From NCBI GenBank assembly GCA_913062815.1, contig CAJXWZ010000003.1:39919-103918 (forward strand): a stretch of DNA of 64,000 nt, read 5' to 3'. The translations under genes were made by a program, and so were the position numbers. The first letter of the stretch is position 1; every line of letters starts with the position of its first letter. This DNA comes from an uncultured Colwellia sp. (lineage in GTDB: Bacteria; Pseudomonadota; Gammaproteobacteria; Enterobacterales; Alteromonadaceae). Below are positions 9,460-18,486 of this stretch, in pieces. Below the pieces are notes generated by a model that did no database searches, had not been told where the DNA came from, and saw only the letters and a list, made by a program, of their open reading frames with translations.

Positions 9460-10518
9460 CTAATATTGGTAGGTTATGGTAAAGCGTTGTAAATTATTGA
9501 TGTTGATATCTGACACTTTATTGGCAAATCGAACATTTTTAATCATGTCTAGATTTATCATGTCTTCCAACACGGCTAAAGGTTCTTCACTTACCGCAGT
9601 AATGAACACTGAGTTGTCTCTGGTACTTATGCGCTCTAACGTGTAACTTTTAGTCGTTTGCGCTAACACTTCAAAAATAGAACCAATACCAACATTACCG
9701 TCAATCCCAACCGTTAACGCTGCATAAATATCTTGTTCACTTCTATAGGCAGTTCTTGTTTCTATAAAACCGGCTACTAACTCTGTATTGGTATGTGATT
9801 TATTTTGATAAAGTAAATCCAAGCCTTTAATTAAGGCGGTAGAAGCAAGTAAATAAAGAAACGTAGCAACAAAGGCGCTTTGTATAAAATTGCAATATCG
9901 ACAATTTACTTGGCCACTTTTTTCTGATGATAATTTAAAGCTTAACAAAGAAGGTAATGCTTTATATAAGCCTAATTTAAATAGACTCGTTTTTTCTTGA
10001 AAACTATCCACTGAAACCGTATTGTCTTTATCATTCAATAATGTAGTATTATTTTTTGATATCTTGAAACTTTGTTGAGCCGAATTATTACTGACCCAAT
10101 AATTACCATCATCAATGAAAGCCATTTGACCTAATGGCAAAGCTTTAAAAATCAGATAATTCTCAGGGAAAATAAAGAGTGCTTTTTTAAGCAGACCATT
10201 ATTCAACTTTTCTATCAAACTTTTTTTGTAAAACCAAAAGTGTGCTTCATAACCTTGCTCTACTTTTTTTAGATCATAAAAGAAGTCGGCGTCTTCAAAT
10301 GGACATAGCGAATTAGCGTCTAGCTGCAATGCTTTAATCACGTGTGATTTATTACTAATAGGATAAACTTTATCGGTTTCAAAAAAGTGAGCTTTTTTAA
10401 CAATAATGGCGACAACTTGCTCAAGTCCAGATCCAGAGAGCGACTCCATCTTGTTATCAGAAAAATACGCTATCTTTGAGAGTAGGTAGCTTTTAAGGTT
10501 GGCCTTTATTTTTTTCAT
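9460..10518 (-). CDS. Divergent GspL/PilN-like protein
   Basis: Likely start MKKIK at 10518 (track extends to 10548); large cytoplasmic domain, one TM (FVATFLYLLASTALI), periplasmic coiled coil; follows gspK. Confidence 0.5.
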   Translation of the reverse strand: MKKIKANLKSYLLSKIAYFSDNKMESLSGSGLEQVVAIIVKKAHFFETDKVYPISNKSHVIKALQLDANSLCPFEDADFFYDLKKVEQGYEAHFWFYKKSLIEKLNNGLLKKALFIFPENYLIFKALPLGQMAFIDDGNYWVSNNSAQQSFKISKNNTTLLNDKDNTVSVDSFQEKTSLFKLGLYKALPSLLSFKLSSEKSGQVNCRYCNFIQSAFVATFLYLLASTALIKGLDLLYQNKSHTNTELVAGFIETRTAYRSEQDIYAALTVGIDGNVGIGSIFEVLAQTTKSYTLERISTRDNSVFITAVSEEPLAVLEDMINLDMIKNVRFANKVSDININNLQRFTITYQY

Positions 10519-10522
10519 TAAT

Positions 10523-11428
10523 TCATGACTCCCAGTGCCAGATTTCATATGGGTAGGGACTGTCTAACGCAACTTTTGTTGAGAATACAACCTTTTTCAC
10601 CACTTTTACTTTATCTAACGAGATTGTAACTTCTAATTCAACTGTTTGTATTAATTTAGTTTCTGCGCTTTGCCTTGACAATAAGCTAGGTACTCTTGTT
10701 AAATTAATTAAAGTACCCTCTTCACCTCTTTGTTGTGCAATTGAAGAGGCTTGTTCAATACCATATAACCATTCTATCAATTGTTTAGGTGATAATCGAA
10801 CATTAAAATCCGCTAAGGTAAAAAGAGATAAGTGATCACGAATTTTAAGTAACCACTCTTGTTCAAAGCCATAAATTAGCGCGAGCTCATCAATTGATTG
10901 GATCTGGAAGTTTCTTGGCTTTAACAGGCCTAAACGGGTATAGCCATCTTCTTCTAGACCGTTTAAATTAACAAACCTGTCGGTATCTTGCCAGTCTTTC
11001 AAACGAGCAATGACTTGATCTACTTTAATGTTTCTAGTGTCTACACCATTTGTTATACCACGCAACAACAATTTAATCAGTGGAAAATCTGTGGGTATTA
11101 ACGATATTTTGCTCGCTTCATCTCTGACTGAAAGAGTAACACTTGGGCTTATTGTAAAAGGATTACCATACAGATTCCAACCAGGATACTTAGCCGTAAT
11201 AGCGCCATCAGCAATTTCACTTCGATGTTTAACAAAGTTAAAAATTGCTTGATTGAGTACCGATTCTGCCTTTAACTCAGCTTTAATCTTATTCTGCATT
11301 AACAGTTGAGATTTTATTATTTGCTGGCTGTACCAAACAAAGTAAGAAACAATCAACGCAATAATAAGGCTTGTCACTAACGAAATAATTAATGCCACAC
11401 CGCTTTGTTTACTATACGAAAGCATCAT
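10523..11428 (-). CDS. gspK: Minor pseudopilin GspK
   Basis: 301 aa; QSG|VALIISL cleavage site lacking Glu5; VRDEASKISL, LKDWQDTD, PRNFQIQSIDEL motifs. Confidence 0.85.
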   Translation of the reverse strand: MMLSYSKQSGVALIISLVTSLIIALIVSYFVWYSQQIIKSQLLMQNKIKAELKAESVLNQAIFNFVKHRSEIADGAITAKYPGWNLYGNPFTISPSVTLSVRDEASKISLIPTDFPLIKLLLRGITNGVDTRNIKVDQVIARLKDWQDTDRFVNLNGLEEDGYTRLGLLKPRNFQIQSIDELALIYGFEQEWLLKIRDHLSLFTLADFNVRLSPKQLIEWLYGIEQASSIAQQRGEEGTLINLTRVPSLLSRQSAETKLIQTVELEVTISLDKVKVVKKVVFSTKVALDSPYPYEIWHWES

Positions 11429-12129
11429 TAACCCTCAACATTATTATACAAGGTGTTAACTTTAATCGCTTTGCGACTGTTCAGGGTGAGCGGTAGAAAT
11501 ATCATTGAACGCCCAGTTATAGCATAATTTAGGCGAATAGCTTTAGGTAAACCTCTTTCTACCGTTGAATAAAAACCATCTTGATAATCATTTCTTATTT
11601 CTCGTAAAGAAATATCACTATTGAACGGCTTTCGATGTAAATAAGACAATGTGACTAATTCATCGATAGTAAGTATGATTTTTGAGATTTCTGTTTCGGG
11701 GACATCTGATAAATTACTGATATAGCTTTTAGTTAAAGGGGATTCCGATACTTGAATTTGTGTACTAGTGCCAATGTGAATTAAATTGAGCTGCACAATA
11801 ACATCAGCTTTAAAGCCAAACATTGAAAAATGAGAAATATAAGCCAGTTCATTTCCATTACCTTTTACATAAGGTACCATCATTTTACTTTGATATACGT
11901 CAGTTTCTACATAATAATCACTCATGGATTTAATTGATTTATTAAGTAAACTAACGGCTGAAAGCCGCTGATAACCTTCATCTTTATAATCTTTCGATTT
12001 AGAGACTGCTTGTAAATATACCGCAGTAGACATATAGGCTGAGGCAATCAAAGAAGAAAAAATAACCATGACAACCAATAGCTCAATAATGGTAAACCCT
12101 TTAGCGTTCTTGATATGATACGGCTGCAT
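11428..12129 (-). CDS. Minor pseudopilin, GspJ-like
   Basis: 233 aa; KG|FTIIELLVVM N-methylation site; shares base 11428 with gspK. Confidence 0.75.
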   Translation of the reverse strand: MQPYHIKNAKGFTIIELLVVMVIFSSLIASAYMSTAVYLQAVSKSKDYKDEGYQRLSAVSLLNKSIKSMSDYYVETDVYQSKMMVPYVKGNGNELAYISHFSMFGFKADVIVQLNLIHIGTSTQIQVSESPLTKSYISNLSDVPETEISKIILTIDELVTLSYLHRKPFNSDISLREIRNDYQDGFYSTVERGLPKAIRLNYAITGRSMIFLPLTLNSRKAIKVNTLYNNVEG

Positions 12130-12544
12130 CTTTGTCTACCATCACGCGACTATAAGAATGCGCCAACTCACTGCTTGCACCTGCAGTTGTTAGCACTAAT
12201 TGATAGTCTATTAAATAATATGTATTAGGCTTTTCTGAAAAGCTATTAATATCTGATTCAAAACTTCTTTCTCTGAAGTTATCTATAATTGTTCCTTCCC
12301 AATTAACCGTAACATCATTAAAAGAATAATTGCCTGCCAAGTTGGTAATATCGTCATTCAAATCAATTAAATTTTTTGCCTGCATTATGGCGATATATTT
12401 ATCGGCTGCCCCTTTTTGTTTAATAACTAATTTAGCGTATTGAGCATAGGCCACTTGGCTTAACGAGATAGCTGAAATCAAAATAACCGCTGCGATTAAT
12501 AATTCAATTAAGGTAAAACCTTGATTATGTTTTGCAGAGAACAT
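12101..12544 (-). CDS. Minor pseudopilin, GspI-like
   Basis: QG|FTLIELLIA site; likely start MFSAK at 12544 (track 12562). Confidence 0.72.
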   Translation of the reverse strand: MFSAKHNQGFTLIELLIAAVILISAISLSQVAYAQYAKLVIKQKGAADKYIAIMQAKNLIDLNDDITNLAGNYSFNDVTVNWEGTIIDNFRERSFESDINSFSEKPNTYYLIDYQLVLTTAGASSELAHSYSRVMVDKDAAVSYQER

Positions 12545-12938
12545 AACTCTCCTCGCAATCAATCAGTAACTGACTTGTTTTTGACGTGTTTTTTACTTTG
12601 AAATAAACAGGCGAAGGTATGACGAACCCGGTCGATGAAAAGTGAAGTTGTGCTGATGTAAATATAAGTTCGTCAAAAACTTCTGTCTTATATAACTGGT
12701 CTTCTAATAAAATATCAACTTCATTGGCAGCAAAAGCTAATGTGGCAGACTTTCCTGAAAAAAAGGTTAGTTTGGACACTTGTTTAACTAACGACTGCAA
12801 CTTTCTCTCTTCAATAAATCGTTTAGAACTCTGTAGTGACTTTGTTGCTCCTGGAGCAACAATAGCAACCAAGCCCGCTATCATGATCATAACGACAATT
12901 AATTCAATAAGAGAGAAACCTTGTTGCTTACCCATCAT
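12525..12938 (-). CDS. Minor pseudopilin, GspH-like
   Basis: 137 aa; QG|FSLIELIVVM; ATGA overlap with the gspF stop. Confidence 0.72.
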   Translation of the reverse strand: MMGKQQGFSLIELIVVMIMIAGLVAIVAPGATKSLQSSKRFIEERKLQSLVKQVSKLTFFSGKSATLAFAANEVDILLEDQLYKTEVFDELIFTSAQLHFSSTGFVIPSPVYFKVKNTSKTSQLLIDCEESYVLCKT

Positions 12939-14140
12939 AAAACATTAATATCCTGAACACTCATGATGCTCATGATCATACCGATAACGACACCGCCAAC
13001 AACACCACCCATAAACAAAATGAGAATAGGCTCTAATACCGTTGTTGCTGTTGCAATATATCTATCCATTTGAGCTTGACTTCTTTGGGCTATATTTTGA
13101 AATGATTTAGCTAATTTCCCTGTTTCTTCTCCTGTTTCTATATAACCGAGTTGAATATCATCAAAAAGCTTCACACCATCTAAGGCATCACACATTTTTA
13201 TGCCTTGCTTTATTTGGTTTGATGCACCGACAAGTGAATCTCTGAGCTTAGGCATTGTTACGGCAGAAACGGATAATTTTAGTGCTTGGCTCAGTGGAAT
13301 ACCTGAATTAAGTGTTATTTGTAATGACGTAGAAAATCGAATTCTATCAACCCCGCGAGTTAAATGAGAAACCCCTGGTAGCGAATAAAACTGGCGTTGA
13401 AAGGCATCACTGGTTTGCAGCAGATACCTTACTAGCATAACCCCTAACACTGGCGAGGCTATAATAAAACCAATAACAAATAGACCATATTTGTCCATAA
13501 AATTGGCTGTATTGAGTAAAAATACGGTATACCAAGGAAGTTCAGTTGCCTGTTCAAACAAAGGGGCTAACTGAGGCAAAACAAAATAAAAAATAAAAGT
13601 GATGGCTAATATACACACCATAAATATAACACTAGGATAAGCTAACGCTTGTTGAACTTTTTGTTTTAAGCTCATTCTAAACTGCATATCTTCAGATATT
13701 CGGCTTAATACGTCAGGTAATTGCCCTGATGCTTCACCTAGTTCAATAAGACTCAAATATAGGCGGTTGAACAATTTAGGGTAATTACTTGCTACTTCAA
13801 ATAATGACGAACCGCCCCTTATTTCTCCGCGCAGATTACTCAAAAACAATTTAGCTTGAGTTAAAACAATACCTTTTTCAGTAAGCTCAATTGCTTTGTC
13901 CAACTTAATGCCATTTTGCATTAGCTCAGCTAAATTAGAGAAAATTTCTTCCAGCACAGATAAAGGTATATTAATTGAATGACCCTGATGCTGTTTAGTG
14001 CTATCTAACTCGTTAATTTCTACAGCAATTAAGCCTTGTTTAGCTAGCTTGTGTTGTATTTCTTGTTTAGTCTGTGCAACTTCTTTTCGCTGAATTAATT
14101 CACCTGAGTTATTATAGGCTTTAACATCATAAGCTTTCAT
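12935..14140 (-). CDS. gspF: T2SS inner-membrane platform protein
   Basis: 401 aa; two GspF domains, GEASGQL and GEETGKL, ALAYPSVI, LEPILILFMG. Confidence 0.93.
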   Translation of the reverse strand: MKAYDVKAYNNSGELIQRKEVAQTKQEIQHKLAKQGLIAVEINELDSTKQHQGHSINIPLSVLEEIFSNLAELMQNGIKLDKAIELTEKGIVLTQAKLFLSNLRGEIRGGSSLFEVASNYPKLFNRLYLSLIELGEASGQLPDVLSRISEDMQFRMSLKQKVQQALAYPSVIFMVCILAITFIFYFVLPQLAPLFEQATELPWYTVFLLNTANFMDKYGLFVIGFIIASPVLGVMLVRYLLQTSDAFQRQFYSLPGVSHLTRGVDRIRFSTSLQITLNSGIPLSQALKLSVSAVTMPKLRDSLVGASNQIKQGIKMCDALDGVKLFDDIQLGYIETGEETGKLAKSFQNIAQRSQAQMDRYIATATTVLEPILILFMGGVVGGVVIGMIMSIMSVQDINVL

Positions 14141-15816
14141 TAACCCGCTACCCTAACGACTTCTTCTATACTGGTTAGCCCTTTAATTACTTTTAATAAA
14201 CCATCACTGTGCAAAGAACGGATATTATTTTGAGCCATCAACGCCCTTGCACTTAAAACGAATTCAGCGCCTTTGGGTAGCTTTTCAATGCTGTCATCAC
14301 AACGCAAGTATTCCACAATCGCTAAACGACCATAATAACCTGTATGATTACATTGCTTGCAACCCTTCCCTTTTTTTAATGATATTTTTGTATTATTAAA
14401 CTGTTGTGCTAATGCTTTTAAACCGAAATCAGCGACGATTTTTTCATCCTCATATTCATAAGCACACTCATTACAAATTTTCCTTACTAATCGTTGCGCT
14501 ACAATAGAGATAAGCGCTGCATTGAGTAAATATTCATCTAAGCCAAGATCAAGTAAGCGAGTATAAGCACTCGGCGCATCATTAGTATGTAAAGTACTAA
14601 ATACTAAATGCCCAGTTAATGCCGATTGCATACCTATTTGAGCTGTTTCGCTATCACGAATTTCACCCACCATGATTACATCAGGATCTTGACGAACAAT
14701 GCTTCGTAAACCTTTAGAGAAATCAAAACCTATATCATGATTAACTTGAATTTGGTTAATGCCTTCTAGCTGATATTCAACCGGATCTTCCAAAGTTATA
14801 ATTTTAATTTTGTCATCATTAAGCTGATTTAGAAAAGAATAAAGGGTCGTTGTTTTACCACTACCCGTTGGGCCTGTTAGTAAAATAACACCTGACGTGC
14901 GGGTTAAATCTTCTCTAATTAAATCGAGTAAATCGCTTTCAATGCCTGATTTTTCCAAATCATAATTTAAAGATTGTTTCATTAAAAAGCGCATTACAAC
15001 ACTCTCACCTTCGTTTAAAGGCAAGGTTGATAGCCTGATATCAAATTCTTGATTGGCAAGTTTAAATTCTATTTTTCCGTCTTGTGGTCTTCTTTTCTCA
15101 GCAATATCTAAGTTAGCCAGTATTTTCAAACGAGATATTATGGGGAGGAACAAACTCTTTGGCAGTAATTCTAATTCATTTAATACGCCATCAACACGGA
15201 TTCTTGCCCTGCAACCTTCACGGTAGGGCTCTATATGTAAATCTGAAGCCCCCATCTTAACTGAGCGCATAATTAAAGAGTCGACTAAACTTACAATAGG
15301 GGTTTCGCTAGCAAGTTCCTTTAACCTTTCAACATCAGTATCAAAGTCACTCATATACTCGTCAAAACCAATGGCTTTAACTTCTAATATTTTTGCTTCA
15401 GCATTTCGATAAGTGGTGGGGCTACAAATTAAATAAGAGGCTGTTACTCCTTCATATTCAAGATATTCGCCAATGTCATAATGATTAGTATTAGTAACAA
15501 GTATATTAATATGACTTCCTTCCCAGTGAATGGGGATTCCGCCTTTATCTTGAATAAACTGAATATTCAAAGGACAGTTTGTCAGTACCGCATTTAGCTT
15601 TTGATTAGAAATACTCTCGTCAAAGTTCTCAAAATCGACATAAGCACATGAAGATGATTTTGCTAAAACTACGGCAATATCTTCTTCTGATGCTAATCCT
15701 AAACTTGCTACAATAGCGTCAGAATCACCACCAAATTTCTGTTGGAATTGTATTACTTTTTGAACTTGGACTTCGGTAATTTTACCTTCTAACTTTAAGC
15801 TGTTTAAAAATTCCAT
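14140..15816 (-). CDS. gspE: T2SS assembly ATPase
   Basis: 558 aa; ASDLHIEP, Walker A GPTGSGKT, EDPVEY, RQDPDVIMVGEIRD, TGHLVFSTLHTND, CNEC/CKQC zinc motif. Confidence 0.95.
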   Translation of the reverse strand: MEFLNSLKLEGKITEVQVQKVIQFQQKFGGDSDAIVASLGLASEEDIAVVLAKSSSCAYVDFENFDESISNQKLNAVLTNCPLNIQFIQDKGGIPIHWEGSHINILVTNTNHYDIGEYLEYEGVTASYLICSPTTYRNAEAKILEVKAIGFDEYMSDFDTDVERLKELASETPIVSLVDSLIMRSVKMGASDLHIEPYREGCRARIRVDGVLNELELLPKSLFLPIISRLKILANLDIAEKRRPQDGKIEFKLANQEFDIRLSTLPLNEGESVVMRFLMKQSLNYDLEKSGIESDLLDLIREDLTRTSGVILLTGPTGSGKTTTLYSFLNQLNDDKIKIITLEDPVEYQLEGINQIQVNHDIGFDFSKGLRSIVRQDPDVIMVGEIRDSETAQIGMQSALTGHLVFSTLHTNDAPSAYTRLLDLGLDEYLLNAALISIVAQRLVRKICNECAYEYEDEKIVADFGLKALAQQFNNTKISLKKGKGCKQCNHTGYYGRLAIVEYLRCDDSIEKLPKGAEFVLSARALMAQNNIRSLHSDGLLKVIKGLTSIEEVVRVAG

Positions 15817-15819
15817 TAG

Positions 15820-16209
15820 TTAGAAAACCACATCATCGCCGCCGTCTTCAATTTTGCCATTTTTACCCTTTGAAAACATTTTATAGCTAACTTGTGACTC
15901 TTCAAGTTGATATAGGTAAGCATTATTCCAGGGATCTGAAGGTATTGCTTTAGGAAAATAAGGACCATCCCAGTTTTTATTACTAGACTCTCTTAGCTCA
16001 TCAAGATTTTCAGGGTATACGCCAACATCTAAGCGATAGGTGTCTAATGCGGTAGCAAATAGCTGCATTTGTGCTTCTGCTGTTTTAATCTTTGAACTAT
16101 CAACCTTACCAAACATTGCTGGGCCAATAAGTGAGGCGATTAAACCGATTATAACCATAGCAATCATTAACTCAATTAATGAAAAACCTTTTTGTGACTG
16201 CTTGCGCAT
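15820..16209 (-). CDS. gspG: Major pseudopilin
   Basis: 129 aa; KG|FSLIELMIAM, ALDTYRLDVGVYP, WDGPYF, DPWNNAY. Confidence 0.93.
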   Translation of the reverse strand: MRKQSQKGFSLIELMIAMVIIGLIASLIGPAMFGKVDSSKIKTAEAQMQLFATALDTYRLDVGVYPENLDELRESSNKNWDGPYFPKAIPSDPWNNAYLYQLEESQVSYKMFSKGKNGKIEDGGDDVVF

Positions 16210-16246
16210 TTACTTATACCTTTGATTAAATCTAAACTTCCGCGCT

Positions 16247-16275
16247 ACTATACACAAAAAAAGTACTGGTATAAA
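16247..16275 (-). promoter_or_regulatory. Candidate extended -10 promoter for the T2SS operon
   Basis: TGTG-TATAGT (16256-16247) followed by AGCGCGG; weak -35 TTTATA at 17 nt. Confidence 0.4.
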
Positions 16276-16635
16276 AGATCTAAACAAACAATTACATTTT
16301 TTTTATGGTTCTCGTTATTTCTGTATAGAAAAATTCAGTTTTTCGAAAGAAAAAACAGCTAAAATAGAGAAGGTGAAAGCCCTTTTTGTAAATTCTCATG
16401 TACCAATGACTGGTAGTTGTTTTGATAAAATAAATATTGCCCTCATCAAATTGGACAAAAGCTAACGTGCCATCAAGATTGAATAACAGTCAGTTTTCTA
16501 ATATTTCTGGTATGGTTTGAATTTCACTAACCACGGGGGAGACCATTTCATTCGCATCGAAAAACACTATTTATTAATCGCTTCCTTATACTGTAATCGA
16601 GTTAATTCCCTCCTCTGACGTTAACTCTGTTGTTA

Positions 16636-17229
16636 TTAACGATTAGTGCCAGTAAATTTTTGCATAGTAACATCACCTTCCGCTGAAATGCCTTCTTTAA
16701 TAAATACCTTCTTTACCGTTAACAATAGTATTTTAATATCTAGCCAGAAACTTTGATTATCAACATACCAGACGTCAAGTTTAAACTTATCCTCCCAACT
16801 GATAGCATTTCTCCCATTCACTTGTGCCCAACCAGTAATGCCGGGGCGAACATTGTGTCGCTTTGCTTGCTCGCTGTTATATAAAGGAAGATATTCTACT
16901 AATAAGGGGCGCGGGCCTACTAAGCTCATATCGCCTTTTAAAACACTCCATAACCCAGGCAATTCATCTAAACTTGAGCTACGTAATTTAGTACCAAAGG
17001 CAGTCAGCCTTTCTTCATCAGGTAGTGTTTTACCATCAGCATCTACCGCATCTCGCATACTGCGAAATTTACTCATTTCAAAAATAGCGCAATGTAAACC
17101 CGGTCGCTTTTGTTTAAATAAAACAGGCTTACCTAAGTTTTTAGCTATTTTACGACTTACTATAAACATGATTGGCGATAGCAATACTAACGCCATACTC
17201 GCCACTACGACGTCAAACAAGCGCTTCAT
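16636..17229 (-). CDS. Initiating phosphoglycosyltransferase, PglC/ItrA1 family
   Basis: 197 aa; MKRLFD, KFRSM, SLDELP, GDMSLVGPRPLL, PGITGWAQVNGRN. Confidence 0.93.
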   Translation of the reverse strand: MKRLFDVVVASMALVLLSPIMFIVSRKIAKNLGKPVLFKQKRPGLHCAIFEMSKFRSMRDAVDADGKTLPDEERLTAFGTKLRSSSLDELPGLWSVLKGDMSLVGPRPLLVEYLPLYNSEQAKRHNVRPGITGWAQVNGRNAISWEDKFKLDVWYVDNQSFWLDIKILLLTVKKVFIKEGISAEGDVTMQKFTGTNR

Positions 17230-18455
17230 TCGTGAACACCTGCTACCCAGTTAACCCACTTGTCGGCTAACTCTTTACGATCGAATTCTTTGCTAGCTAA
17301 ATCACTTGCTCTATTGCCCATGAGTTTTAACTCTGCTTTATCAGAAGCTGCTTTTTCTAGGGCATCAGCAAAGGCGATTGGATCATCTGGTGCTACTGTA
17401 AAACCACAACTATTCTCATTTATCATACCTTCTAACCAACCAGGATAATTATTAAGTACAGGTAAGCCTGCTGAGATATAGTCAAAAAACTTATTCGGTG
17501 AAGTGCCATAATAAAACGCAGGTATATTAGCGAGTAATTGTAACCCTAAATCTGCACTTGCCATTAAACCTGCCAGTTTCTCTTTGTTTACCGGCGGATG
17601 GAAAACCACATTACTAAGTGCTAACGCCTGTGCTTTAACTTGTAATTCATGCTTAAGTTTTCCTTGACCAACAAAGGCTAACTTAATGTCAGTTCTGCCT
17701 CGATTTTTTAATTCAAGTGCCGCATTTAATGCCGCATCTAAGCCATTAGCTTGCCCGTGGGTGCCAGTAAAGATCGCCATTAAATCAGAGTTGCTAACCC
17801 CTTCTGGCCGCCATTCATTGCTTTTTTCATCATGGGCTAATTGGAAAATATCTAAATCACAGCCATTTGGGACTAGCGCTATTTTCTCTGGTTTTACCCC
17901 TCGCTTCTCAATTCCCGCAACGATGCCAGGAGAAAGACCAACACACCTATGAGCGCTACGGTATGATAACCACTCTAGCATTGACATTAACCCTAAGACT
18001 ATTGGGTTTTTTATCACGCCCATTTGTTTGGGTAATTCAGGCCAAAGATCTCGCACTTCAAAGACAAAGGGCTTTCTGCGTAACCAACGAGCAAAAATAC
18101 CGGGAATACCCGCTGTTAATGGTGTGGTAGTTGCAAAAACCACATCGTATTGCTGTGTTAAGGCTAGTCCGATACTTTTCATGGCAAACTTGACAAAAGT
18201 AGATGCCCGCTTAATAAAACCATCAGTATTCGAATACGCTAAATCAAACTCAATAATATTAATCCCAGCTATCGAGCCTTCTCTTTTGCCATTTTTAAAT
18301 TCGTGTTCTAACCCGGTATCACCCCCACCGTAGCTTCCGCATACCATAGTCACTTGGTGACCGTGATGAACTAGACGGCGCGCCATTTCATAAGAGCGAA
18401 TGCCTGTAGCTCCCTTGGGTGTTGAAAAATGTTGGTGGAAATAAAGTACTTTCAT
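17226..18455 (-). CDS. GT4 glycosyltransferase (WbuB-like)
   Basis: 409 aa; GT-B fold, EVRDLWPE, SPNKFFDYISAGLPV. Confidence 0.88.
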   Translation of the reverse strand: MKVLYFHQHFSTPKGATGIRSYEMARRLVHHGHQVTMVCGSYGGGDTGLEHEFKNGKREGSIAGINIIEFDLAYSNTDGFIKRASTFVKFAMKSIGLALTQQYDVVFATTTPLTAGIPGIFARWLRRKPFVFEVRDLWPELPKQMGVIKNPIVLGLMSMLEWLSYRSAHRCVGLSPGIVAGIEKRGVKPEKIALVPNGCDLDIFQLAHDEKSNEWRPEGVSNSDLMAIFTGTHGQANGLDAALNAALELKNRGRTDIKLAFVGQGKLKHELQVKAQALALSNVVFHPPVNKEKLAGLMASADLGLQLLANIPAFYYGTSPNKFFDYISAGLPVLNNYPGWLEGMINENSCGFTVAPDDPIAFADALEKAASDKAELKLMGNRASDLASKEFDRKELADKWVNWVAGVHE

Positions 18456-18486
18456 TGATTAATTTCTTTTCAGTTTAATTTGATAA

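Noticed and set aside
6347-16209. Type IV pilus, MSHA or Tad interpretation of the pilin cluster
   Set aside because: The GspG signature, a true GspK, and absence of PilT/PilM/PilC-tip or Flp genes favour T2SS.
16400-16620. Strong AGGAGG after pglC and 18-19 codon mini-ORFs
   Set aside because: No start codon at a usable distance from the SD; the mini-ORFs have no support.
4031-16635. Target-site duplication or att sites at the cassette edges
   Set aside because: Only short AT-rich similarities expected by chance.
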